From contig NC_057718.1 in assembly GCF_004010195.1 (NCBI RefSeq), positions 10,840,460-10,904,459 of the forward strand: DNA of 64,000 bases, in the 5' to 3' direction. Below are positions 53,228 to 64,000 of the stretch, piece by piece. Under the pieces are notes generated by a model that worked only from the letters and a program-made list of their open reading frames with translations, was not told the DNA's origin and searched no databases. The position numbers and the translations under genes were made by a program. The stretch comes from Chiloscyllium plagiosum (taxonomy: Eukaryota). The first letter of the stretch is position 1; each line of letters begins with the position of its first letter.

Positions 53228-53385
53228 GAATTCTCACTCATCCTTTCTGAAGATCTGTTGGAATATCTCTCAGAAGGAGCACTGGCATTTCAAGTTTATG
53301 GTCATAAATCACGTGACTCTCGGAAAAATCCCTCCATATGGGACCTGGGAATAATACAAGCCAAAACCCGATCGCTACGGGATAG
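53228..53385 (+). CDS. KIF13B: KIF13B exon ~23 (EFSLILSEDLLEYLSEGAL...KTRSLRD)
   Basis: tttcag|GAATTC...GATAG|gtgatt; 158 nt. Confidence 0.95.
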
Positions 53386-53554
53386 GTGATTATTCTGATA
53401 CTGAGTGTTGATTTCTGTTAGATCGTTACCCTTCTAGCTTATGTAGTAGTGAAAGCTGTGTTATTGAGACTGAATTAAATTTTAAAGTAACATCTCACTG
53501 CTCTGATAGTTACCTCCAACCTTTCTATTGATGTCTCTCTGACTTTGCTCTGAC

Positions 53555-54012
53555 CTTTTATTTATCCATTTGTGGGACATGGTTGGCCAGCATTGATAGC
53601 CTGTCCCTATTTGCCCTCGAGAAGGTGGTGGTGAACTGCCTTCTTGAATCGCTGCAGTCCACTTGCTTTGGGTTTGTTTCTTTGTGACTTTCTAGCAATT
53701 GATACAACTGAATGGCTTACTAGGCCATTTCAGAGGACAGTTGAGAGTCAACCACTCTGCTGTGGCTCTGGAGTCACATGTAGGCCAGACCAGGTAAGGA
53801 TGGCAGATTCCCTTCCCTCTGAGACATTAGTGAACCAGATGGGTTTTTCCCACAATTGACAATGGTCATCGGTCGACTCTTAATTCCAGATTTTTTTAAA
53901 TTGCATTCAAATTCCATCATCTGCCGTGACGGGATTCGAGCCCAGGTCCCTAGAACATTATTCTGGGTTTCTGAATTAATAGTCAAGCGATAATACCACT
54001 TGGCCATCGCCT
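53555..54012 (-). mobile_element. tRNA-derived SINE (second family) with LINE-derived tail
   Basis: Reverse-complement head aggcgatggccaagtgg (A box)...ggctcgaatcc (B box). Confidence 0.75.
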
Positions 54013-54249
54013 ACCCCTTTCTCTGTCATGATTAGGCGCTATCCTCATCGTTTCTTATTTTAGTTGGGTTAGTCTCGTTATTCAACTATTGTTATTCAAA
54101 CCAATAGCAATTTCAATTTTCTATGTGCCATATTCCACCAAATAATTATGGAATTATATTTTTCAAAAATTTCATTTCAATTTTACAGTAATCAACAAGG
54201 CCTTCCCCCATCCAACTATACATATTTTGAACAGAACAAACCTTTTAAA

Positions 54250-56640
54250 AGCATTAGTGGTAAAGCCAGCATTCATTGCCCGTTCTTCTGGAGAAGATCT
54301 TGGTGAGCTGCTTTCTTGAGGCTCTGTAGTGCTCAGCATGTGGCGACTTCCAGATTGCTGCTGGGCAGGGAGTTCCATAATTTTGATGTAGCAACCCAAG
54401 ATCTTATGTGACTTGGAGGTGTTGATGACCCAAGGCATCTGCTGCTCTTGTCCTTTTAGAGATCATGGATGTGGAACCTGTGGTCAGAGAGGCCTTGAAG
54501 AATTAGTGCTATGCATAGAGTAGATGGCACACATTGACAGCAATTTGTATTAGTGTGAAGGGAGTGAATGTCGAAAGTTTTGGATCGAGGTCTGCGTCAA
54601 GGACAGACTATTTTGAGCTTGAGTGTTAGTGGAGCTGGACTCATCCAGGCAAGTGGAGAGCATTCTATGACATTCCTAACTTCTGTCTTGTAGATGGTGG
54701 ACATGCACTGCAGCAGAATTCCTAACCTTTGACCTGCTCTTGTAGCTACAATATCTATGTGACTTGTCTGATGGATGGTAACACTCAGGATTTTGAAAAT
54801 GTGAATTTCAGTGATGGTAATGCTGTTGAGTTTCAAGAGGATAGTTATATTCTTCTTTATTGGAAATGATCAGTGCCTGATACTTGTGTGGTGCATGTAC
54901 TTGCCACGTAACAGCTCAGTGGATAATGTCCAGGTTGTCCAGGTGTATGGGATGTTGTGCAATGAGAGAACACTCCATTCTGATCTTCTGATGGAGGGAA
55001 GATCACTGTTGAAGCAGCTGAAGATTATTGGACCGAGGAAACTACCTTGAGGAACACCTGCAGAGGTACCTTTGGGCTGAGATGATTGGCCTCCAGTAAC
55101 CAGAACCATTTTAATTTTGCTCGGTATGACTCCAAATAGCAGAGAGTTTTCCCTCTGATTTCATTTGAATTGAGTTTTGCTCAGGTATCCTTTCTGCAAC
55201 CTCAATGTCAAAGGCTTATTACTTTCACCTCTTCACTAGGTCAGTTCTTATGTCCCTGTTTGGACCAAGGCTGTAATGAGGTCAGGAACTGAGTGGCCCT
55301 GGGGCATCCCAAGCTACTATGTTCAGTTCATTCCTTTGTAAATGCCATATGGTAACACTGACAAATGAACCTTTCTATCACTTTATTGATGATCAAGAGT
55401 AGAATGCTAGAACCATTGCACAGGACAATGTGGACAGGACTTAACTATGTAATTTTCCACATTGCTGGATAGATGTCAGTATTGTAACTGTACTGGAACA
55501 ACTTATCCAGGATACAGTTAATTCTGGAGCACACCTTCAGTGCTGTTGCTGGAATGTTGTCAGGCCCAGACTTTTGCAGGATTTGGTGTCTTCAGCGGTT
55601 TCTTGATATCATGTGGAGCGAACAGAATAAGTTGAAGACTGACATCTGTGATGCTGGGGATCTGTGGGGAATACAGAGATTGCCACCTTTGGCTGAAGAT
55701 AGATACAAATGCTTGAGCCTTGGCTTTTGCACTAACGTGCTTTGTTCCTCCATCTTTGGGGATGAAGTATTTGTGGGACGCTGCCTCTAGTTATTTGCTG
55801 AACTGTCCACCACAATTCCTGATTGGACTTAGCAGGACCACATTGTTTAGCTCTGATCCGTTGCTCGTGGGATTGCTAGCCCTGCCTGTTGCATGCTGCT
55901 TCCGCTACTTAACATGCAAGTAGTCATGTGATGCCCACTGCTTAACATGCAAGTAGTCATGTCATGCAGCTTCACCGGGTGCCTTATTTTTGTGGATGCT
56001 TGGTGCTGCTCCAGGCACATCCCCCTGCACTTTTCATCAAGCTAGAGTTGGTCTCCTGGCTTGATGATACTAATTAATTCTAGATATCCAGATTTTGGTT
56101 GTTAGATATGTTTGAAGTTGGTCCCATTTAGCATATGTTTGACCTGCTACTGAGAGAGTTTGGGAGGGTCTGGAATAAATGTTGAGTATACCAGGATAAC
56201 TCCTCCCTGATTGAATACCACTGTGCTAACATATCTGGGTGGATCTTGTCCTGCAAGTGGAACAGGACATAGTCAGAAATGGTGATGGTGGTGTTTGGGA
56301 TAATAGCTGTGTAGTATGATTCTGTAAATATAACAGTTGGGCTGTTGTTTGACAAGTCCAAGGGACAGCTGTCCCAATTTTGACACAACTCTCTGCGTAT
56401 TGGTAATGATGATTTTGCGGGATTGATGGGCTGTGTCTAACATTGTAGTTTCCAATCCCAGGTGGTTTGTGCAGTTTCATTCCTTTGTTCAGATTTTGTA
56501 GTTATTCATTGCAATCGCATGGCTCGCTAAGTCATTTCAGAGATAAGTCAACCACATTGTTATGGACCCGGAGTCTCAAATGATCAGACTCTGTAAGGAT
56601 ATCAGATTGACTTCCCTGAAGAATAATAGATTTTCCAAAC
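54250..56640 (-). mobile_element. Old decayed LINE (L2/CR1 group) RT region
   Basis: SAGVPQGSFLGPIIFSCFNSDLPS; TIYKTEVRNVIECSPLAWM. Confidence 0.75.
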
Positions 56641-57478
56641 TCAAACAAGTTTATTGTTGCCAAATTCAGTTGATAGTCCTGATGAGTCACTTTCAATTCT
56701 TTCACTCAAATTGTCACCTTCTATTTTTTAACTGTCTGCTGTAGTATCTACTGCACCCTTCCTGGGCTGATACCTGGGCAAAATTTACATTAGAAGTACA
56801 TACCATTGCCAGGAGATACCATAGTCTTAATAACTTGAGAAACAAATGTATAAGTATTCATTTTCTGGGGATTGCTTTCGAAAGAGAAGAACAGTAGTTT
56901 CCAGGCACATGCTGTTCATGGCTGGATTTCAGTGCACTTAATTGGTACATTATATGTGCAATATTTGGACTGCATGCTTTTTCTTTCCCCTACATCAATG
57001 CTAATGTGCTCAGTAGGTTTTCTTGACCTATTTTTCTCATGAGTCTGCTCAGAGATGCTCACATCAGTCTGCTCACATGCCTGGAGAGGGTAGGACTTTA
57101 ACCTGGGCCTCCCACTCCAAGGGTAGGGACACTACTACTGTGCCATAAGAGGGCTGAATGATTAGGTTTCATAAGTATGTTCAGTTTGCACCTTTAAACC
57201 AGAAACTGATTTGTTTTGATGTTCTGATCAAAGTGCATCGTGGTGGAACATATGATATTTAAGGTAAGATGAAGTAATAAATTATTTATATTTCATTCAA
57301 CCCACCATCAGAAAGAACTAAATCTTAAAATAAACCTCTTGCTGTGACTGAAAATAACATTGTCTAAATATCGCCACTAATAACTTGTTATACAGGAGGA
57401 ACTTAGATGACTATTCAGCTTAACCATTGTTTCACAGCATAATAATTTGTGTACCTGGGCGATTATTTATATCAACAG

Positions 57479-57611
57479 GTGGAGCGAAGTGATGCGAAAG
57501 TTAGAACTCTGGATCCAAATATTGGAACTGAATGAAAATGGAGAGTATGTTCCTGTGGAGGTGACCTTCTCGAAAGATGTTTTCACCGGTGGCATCTTTC
57601 AGCTACGGCAG
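57479..57611 (+). CDS. KIF13B: KIF13B exon ~24 (WSEVMRKLELW...GGIFQLRQ)
   Basis: caacag|GTGGAG...CGGCAG|gtaact; 133 nt. Confidence 0.95.
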
Positions 57612-58979
57612 GTAACTGGAGGGCAGGAGAGTTCCAAGCTGTGCGTCAGTGAGGATAGAGGTCTGGAAGTCCTTTTGGAGTCTAATGTTGAGGTGGAATG
57701 GAAAGAATATGATTTTGGCAGAAGGAAGACAGTGCAATTGTTCATATAAGGTCCTAGTATGATGTATTAATGTGTTTTCTGTGTGCAACCCACACTAAAT
57801 AGTCCTTATTGTCCGAGTTAAAATACACAGTCAAAATACATCAAGCATCAACCATATAGTGCAAGAATCTAGTTAGTCATGTGGAAGCCAGAATTGTAGG
57901 AGAGGAGTTGTGAGCCATTTCCTCTCGGAGAAGTTAGTGATGCAGTTGGGTTGTCAGAGTAATACGACAGCAGTTCCTTGTACTTGTTCACAGATGATCA
58001 GGTTTTATTCAGTATCATAGCATTGAGGTCTGGTCTGCCAACCAGTATCCAAAGTATCTTGTCATATGATGGGTTGGGTTCTAAGTTCCTGTTTCTTGTG
58101 GAATATTTTAGCAAATTTTATCTGTATAGGTGATACCATTGTGCCAGCAATCAGTTGATGATGCAGCAAGAAACTAGGATTTTTTTCTTTAGTCAAGTAA
58201 GCCTTCAAAAAGTGGCTTGGTGAATCTGGAGGACCTCCTCATCCCTATTATTATTGGATTTCAACTGCTTATTACTATGTTATTATAGCTGGCTCTCAAA
58301 AAACATGTGATGCACATTCTCATAGAGAAAGACTTGTACTTCTGAATGTAGATAATGCTAACATCATTTCCCTGGACCAAACGTTTGTAAGTATAGTTCA
58401 AAACATTGTCAGATAGTTACAGATTATGGAGGGTTATTCAGCATATTTTCAGTTCATCCATTCAAAAAAGAACCTCTCTCACCACTGTGATAATATTCAA
58501 TAAGTTCTGAAATGTTTTCAGAATTTTGCCTGCACTAATAAACTGTGCACTCCATTCAGTGTACTGGTTGATGAGTGTAGAGAACATCATGGTATTAATC
58601 CTAAACTTGTCTCCTATTCATACACCTATCTTCCATTTTAATTCTCATTTAATTTCTCATTCACATATTAATTCTCTCCATTTTCCAAACACTTGCCCTG
58701 CTTTATGCGCATCTCTTGAGATCATGCCTCAGGCAGGAATGTGTTTTCAAGGCTAAAAGCTTTGATTTTACTTGTAGCTCAGCCCTTTGTAACTTCCAGA
58801 TCATGCATGTTCCCCTTGTATAGCAATGATCAGACTGTCCACAGTATATAAAGTGTAGTCAGCTGAATATATTAGGTAGTTTGATCATGGCTTTGTCTGT
58901 CTGATATAGTAATATTTTGGCTATGCAGTTCACTATTTTCTTGCCTTGTTGATTGGTGTTCTGCATTTAATTGGGCATG

Positions 58980-59060
58980 AAAATGTGTTGCTGGAAAAGC
59001 GCAGCAGGTCAGGCAGCATCCAGGGAACAGGAGAATCGACGTTTCTGGCATAAGCCCTTC
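58980..59060 (-). mobile_element. 81-bp Penelope-terminus insertion with 13-bp TSD
   Basis: TTAATTGGGCATG at 58967-58979 and 59061-59073. Confidence 0.88.
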
Positions 59061-59749
59061 TTAATTGGGCATGTCTAGCATCAAGCTAACTAAGTTTTCT
59101 AGATGTAAAACTCCATCTGTAGTTATTTTTGCGCCATTTATGCAAATGTGGATCATCCATTTTTCTTTTCTCTATGTAGCATTAAATTGAATCGAGCATT
59201 GATTTCTAGCTATTGTATTTAACTCATTTGATTGAGTGTCTCCTTTAATTTCACCAACCCTTTCTAGTTTGATACCGCCCGAAAATATGACCAATGTGTA
59301 AAGGGGTTATGAGTGCAGGTTACAGATCTAGATGAGAAATTTAGTGACCCCAAATGCCAGTTCTTGGGGTCTACACATTTCCATATCATTTCACAAGTTT
59401 GTGCTCATTCCAATGATACAGCCAGTTTTTTTCAAAATTTTGTTCCCAAGATTTACAGTAAATTTATTGATGGCTTTTTAAAGGAAATTTTGACAAATGG
59501 GTTTTGAACGACTGGGTACGATACATCACTGTTCATTTCAATGTGAAGGTTGTTGGTCAGAGAGGAACTTTCTTTGAATTTATGTTGGTTGCTATTCACT
59601 TGATTTCATTTCTTATGATTCGTACATTAGTTTGAAAGTTGCCTTATGAGCCTGTTGTTGTCTCTGATGTATTCTGTCTTTTTTTAATGTGAACAACATA
59701 TTAGTCTTTTGATAAAAATGTGCTTCATCTTTGTTCCATCATTTTTCAG

Positions 59750-59896
59750 GGTCAATCTCGACGTATTCAAGTTGAAGTGAGGTCAGTCCAAGATTCTGGG
59801 ACGTTGCCTTTAATTGCTGAAGCAGTTCTATCTATTGCTGTGGGATGTGTCAAAACCAGACCTGCTAGAAACCAGAAATATCCAGATGCTCACATG
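59750..59896 (+). CDS. KIF13B: KIF13B exon ~25 (GQSRRIQVEVRSVQDSGTLPL...DAHM)
   Basis: tttcag|GGTCAA...CACATG|gtaaga; 147 nt. Confidence 0.93.
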
Positions 59897-60408
59897 GTAA
59901 GAGGTTTCAGGTCTGTTACTGTTGATAATGGCAGAACAATTTAAAATGATTAATTAGAAATGGCACAGAGGAGCACACAATGGGGGATTTAACTATTGGA
60001 ATCAAAACTATGTTTTTATCTTGTATTAGGAATTTGGCATATGTTGCATTTTGAATTGGCAAAGGCGGTTTGAATGGAAAGAAAGCAAAATGCGAACTAA
60101 ACATTTGAGATAACTGAGTTGTAGACTATAACTATAGTTGCAATCTCTGCTGCTATGACTGTTCCTGGTTCTCTGTTGCTTGATTCCAAGTGAGTTCTGG
60201 TGCTGACTCGATCTGGCATAGTCAACCTTGTCTACTTCAAGTCATGCTCTGTAGGAAAAGAACTTAATGCATGTTGTGTAACTGTGAAGTAAACATGTTG
60301 TGCTTTATAAAGTGATGCTGCTTAGGTGAAATGTTCACCCAATTAATAAATCTGTATACCTCACCTATATTAGCAATGCTTTGACATTTGCTATTACCTT
60401 TTACACAG

Positions 60409-60438
60409 GAAGAGGAAGATGACATGGACAGTTACCAG
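60409..60438 (+). CDS. KIF13B: KIF13B exon ~26, 30-nt micro-exon (EEEDDMDSYQ)
   Basis: acacag|GAAGAG...TACCAG|gtatga; matches the conserved EEEEDMDSYQ peptide. Confidence 0.93.
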
Positions 60439-60699
60439 GTATGATTTGATAACTTTACTATTCTGCTGTCTATTCTGGCCTTCATTTTATGCAAATTGCT
60501 CTCTCTTGGCTGTCACTGGTACAATTGCCACACAAATGTTGTTGTAAATCAGCTTTCAACAAGTATAAAAGCTTAAGCAATTCAGCTCTGGTACGTCTGG
60601 TAGAGTTGCATGAGACTGAGAACCAAGAAAGCACTATTGGCTTTCCTTTGATTAGATTATTGTTGAATGAAACTCACTCCTTGTTCCTACAAAATTATT

Positions 60700-60985
60700 C
60701 GTGCCATTCAGCCCATTGAGTCTCTTCTGCATTTCTATCATGGCTAATATGTATCTCAACTTCATTTTTCTGCTTTGTCCCTGTAGCCGCTGTTCTTCTT
60801 ACTACTCAAGAACCTGTCTTAAAGGCACTCAATGACTTGACCTCTCAGCCTTCTGTGGCTGAGTTCCACAGATTACCATCCTCTGCTGAAGAAATTTCCC
60901 CTCATCTCCACTCTAAAGGGTCGTCCCTTCACTCTGCCTTTAGGTCCTAGTCTCTCCTACTAGTGGAAACATCATTACCACATCT
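60700..60985 (-). mobile_element. CR1-type 3' end
   Basis: gccattcagccca..gagtct terminus; gagttccacagatt, gaagaaattt. Confidence 0.65.
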
Positions 60986-61379
60986 TCTGTATAAAAGTAC
61001 ATACCTTTTTAAACTGTCATACTGTCAGCTTTTGATGGAGACAGTATATGGCATGTTTTATATGAAGGGGTTATTGTGAATTGAGCGTCTTTTCATTTCA
61101 CCATTCCATTGAGCACTGTCAGGTTAAGTGTAAGATGTGAGCAAAACTCCCCATAGTCCAACATCTTGTTTATGGTCATGCAAGAGAGTTCCTGACTGTA
61201 ATGGTGCAATATTTTTTTCATTTAAAACAACAAGCATCCTAGAAACATAAGGAAAAATGCTCAAGAGGACAATATTATGTTTATAGTTTACATTTATCAA
61301 AAATCCGATCTAGATTGCCTAGTTAATTTTAGTTGTACTAATATCCTAAAATTAACTGAAATGTACTTTATTATACGGA

Positions 61380-61880
61380 GACATCCATCTGTTTTGGGAA
61401 ACGAGGGGCTGGATTGACATGGCAAGACCAATTTGTGAGCATAAGTCACTTCTACAGCTGGTATAAGTGAATAACTTTGGACTGAAGTTGACTGATGGTT
61501 TTGTCCGCTGGTGCGCTGTCTTGCAATATCTGGTCACTTCTTTGTTCCTCTGCTTTTATCATGCCCTTCCTGACATATTGTCTCCAGGCAGTCCAGTCAG
61601 CAGAGAGGACTTGCCATGCTTCAGCTCTGATCCTGGCCAACTTGAGGACTTGCTTAAAGACATTCTTGAAATGTAGATGTGAACAATTTGTTTGTCTTGT
61701 GTCGATAGCATGCGTGTGATAGAACGTGATTTTGAGATCTGCCTGTAATCTATTTGAAATGTGTGACTCCTCCAACAGTGTTGCTGATGACTTGAGTCCC
61801 AATGTGTTGGAGATCCCTTTGATTGGTGTACTTCCATATCTGGCACTCTGTCTTGCCAGGAGATGATAAATGTATTGTAA
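61380..61880 (-). mobile_element. RTE-clade LINE 3' fragment
   Basis: HLHFKNVFKQVLKLARIRAEAWQVLSADWTAWRQYVRKG resembles the RTE C-terminal motif R.KD..K..LK...I....WE.LA.DR..WR. Confidence 0.65.
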
Positions 61881-61939
61881 AGGGACAGAAATGGATGATA
61901 CGTTGAGCAAGAACATTAACTCTTTCTAATATATTACAG

Positions 61940-62039
61940 GAGAGGGATTTAGAGAAGCTACGTCGGAAATGGTTAAGTGCGTTGACCAAGAGGCAAGAAT
62001 ACCTTGACAAGCAGCTACAGAAACTTGCTAGCAAACCTA
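61940..62039 (+). CDS. KIF13B: KIF13B exon ~27 (ERDLEKLRRKWLSALTKRQEYLDKQLQKLASKP)
   Basis: ttacag|GAGAGG...CCTA|gtaagt; 100 nt. Confidence 0.94.
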
Positions 62040-62680
62040 GTAAGTGAAGCAAGCTCAGAGGCAACAATTTTGAATAATCAGTCTGTTACTGTAGCATTTC
62101 TTGATTACAGCCCATCCGCTAAATTCTGTCTTTGCTGCCCTAGTCTTTCCAATTCTTACCCTTTGTCCCTTTCAGGCCGTAAGCCACAAGAGATGTCAAT
62201 CTGTGAGCATCATTCACCCATCAGAACTCACTCAGCTATAATTGTATGAGCCTGAATAGTAAGTATCAGCAGGCTCCTCTATGTGTGTGCTATCTGTTCT
62301 TGTCCTCAGCAATCTGATTTTCAGACTCCACACACTAGTAGAGGTCATCACAGCCCCATGGTGTCATTAAAAGTAATGCAGAGAAAGCTGCATTATGAAT
62401 TCAAATGTTCTTAATATACTGTTATGAATCTGAGGTTGAAATAAGTATTTTGCTGATCAAGTTCATTTCTGTTTTGAGCACGCCAATATACCGCCTAAAT
62501 TAGATGTGAAATGTCCTGTCCATGGTTGGTGACGTATGAGTTCTGACATAATGCATGTGCTGGCAGTCTCCCATCATTCTCCGTGGTTTGAACAGGATTT
62601 TTGCTATCTTACTTCAGGCACCAGTTTCTCCTCTCGTTATGTTGGAGTCAGATGTGAATTTGATGCCATGTATCTTTCAG

Positions 62681-62807
62681 ATAAATCTGAAGATGATGCA
62701 GACCGAGAGGCGCAGTTGCTAGAACGAAGATTAACTCTAACTGAGGAGAGGAATGCTGTCATGGTCCCGTCAGCAGGAAGTGGAATCCCAGGATCCCCAG
62801 CGAAATG
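62681..62807 (+). CDS. KIF13B: KIF13B exon ~28 (KSEDDADREAQLLE...GSGIPGSPAKW)
   Basis: tttcag|ATAAAT...AAATG|gtttgt; 127 nt. Confidence 0.93.
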
Positions 62808-63247
62808 GTTTGTCCTAAAATTGATTAACCAAAATAAAATTCTTCAGCTGAATGTTGTGAATTGCCATGGTGAGAGCCACTGATAGACTCAGAGATGTAC
62901 AGCATGGAAGGAGCCATTGATTGAGTTATAGACATATACAGCACAGAAACAGACTCTTCAGTCCAACTTGTTCATGCTGACCAGATATCCCAACCCAATC
63001 TAGTCCCACCTGCCAGCACCTGGCCCATATCCCTTCAAACCCTTCCTATTCATATATCCATGAAGATGCCTTTTAAGTGTTGCAATTGTACTAGACTTCA
63101 CCACTTCCTCAGGCTGCTCATTCCATACATGTACCACCCTGTGCATGAAAAAGTTGCCCCTTAGGTCTTTTATATCTTTCCCCTCTCACCCTTAACCTAT
63201 GCCCTCTAGTTTTGGACACCCTCAACCCAGGGAAGAGACTTTGTCTA

Positions 63248-63473
63248 CTTAGGTAAAAACAATGACTGCAGATGCTGGAAACCAGATTCTGGATTAGTGG
63301 TGCTGGAAGAGCACAGCAGTTCAGGCAGCATCCGAGGAGCAGTAAAATCGACGTTTCGGGCAAAAGCCCTTCATCATTTATTCCTGATGAAGGGCTTTTG
63401 CCCGAAACGTCGATTTTACTGCTCCTCGGATGTTCCCTGAACTGCTGTGCTCTTCCAGCACCACTAATCCAGA
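63248..63473. mobile_element. Palindromic Penelope-terminus mini-element with 10-bp TSD
   Basis: Arms about 63287-63376 and 63385-63474 are near-perfect reverse complements; ACTTTGTCTA at 63238-63247 and 63474-63483. Confidence 0.9.
63378..63417 (+). ncRNA. Putative minimal type I hammerhead ribozyme (PLE-associated)
   Basis: auuc-CUGAUGA-A-GGGC-uuuu-GCCC-GAAA-C-GUC-gauu: intact core, stem II, loopless palindromic stem III (ACGU), predicted cleavage after C63411. Confidence 0.7.
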
Positions 63474-64000
63474 ACTTTGTCTAAATACTCTATCCATGCC
63501 CCGAATGATTTTATAAACCTCTATAAGGTCACCCCTCAGCCTGTGATGCTCTTGGGAATACAGCCCCAGCCTATTCAAATTGTCCCTATAGCTCAAATCT
63601 GAGGAGCCACGTAGGATCAACTTCCCAATATGGTCCCGCAGTCAGGGCAGTCGATAGAAACTGCCGTAAAGACTACTTTTTGCCTTCCTGTTGTAAGTCC
63701 CAGGTTTCCTGCCTGTCTCAGCAGTGGTCTCTGACTTTGAAGATAGCAGCCTTCCTTCATAGGAAAGCAGCCCCTGTATCTGACTGCTGAAAAATACAAC
63801 CCTGTTTCCAGCTGTCTGTTGAAGCCAAAGTACCCAGCCCTGTTGTCACCTTCCTGTTGTGTCTGGGCAACTCTGGAACCTGGTGACTGAAAACCCAATT
63901 TCAAAATTGCAAGCATCTCTTCTTTGTTCCATTTTCAAATGTGGTGTTACTCCTGTTTCTGTTACTCCTCCACATGCAAATACACAAGCTGTATTTAAAT

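Larger units (their letters stand above)
9059..62807 (+). other. KIF13B: KIF13B kinesin-3 gene span (partial, 26 coding exons, about exons 3-28)
   Basis: Spliced exons give a continuous ORF with P-loop GQTGSGKS, switch I NEESSRSH, switch II DLAGSE, VPYRDS and an FHA domain. [20 protein letters not shown] matches KIF13B rather than KIF13A (from memory). All introns are GT-AG with consistent phases. Confidence 0.95.
62922..63601 (-). mobile_element. CR1 3' fragment interrupted by a PLE mini-element
   Basis: Colinear with 22325-22755 on both sides of 63248-63473. Confidence 0.88.

Noticed and set aside
55902..55967. About 33-bp tandem duplication (cttaacatgcaagtagtcatgt x2)
   Set aside because: Ordinary slippage duplication inside a dead LINE; two units only, not CRISPR-like.
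9059..62807. Assignment as KIF13A or KIF1A/B
   Set aside because: Diagnostic peptides ([37 protein letters not shown]) match KIF13B as I recall it.
63602..63916. 99-aa ORF and moderately GC-rich segment at the window end
   Set aside because: No recognisable domain or splice support; cannot be classified.

Overview
Vertebrate genomic DNA, inferred to be a cartilaginous fish (probably a shark) from the HE1/V-SINE-like, CR1 and Penelope repeat content. The window lies inside one large + strand gene, kinesin-3 KIF13B. I traced 26 consecutive GT-AG coding exons from 9059 to 62807 (3342 nt, about 1113 codons, splice phases all consistent, no stops). They cover the motor domain, FHA domain and stalk and include a 13-nt and a 30-nt micro-exon. 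The start and C-terminal exons were not found and are presumably outside the window. Introns hold CR1, L2-like and RTE LINE fragments, tRNA-derived SINEs, a decayed PIF/Harbinger transposase and Penelope-like elements (PLEs). Two N gaps are present. The most interesting non-genic signal is a recurrent set of 80-230 bp mini-insertions made of a PLE terminus with a minimal hammerhead-ribozyme motif. Several have 10-13 bp target-site duplications and several are head-to-head palindromes. One copy (63384-63411) has an intact catalytic core on the host pre-mRNA strand. Two long intronic inverted repeats are not explained by these families. Exon numbers follow human KIF13B from memory; repeat family names and boundaries are by eye, not database hits.
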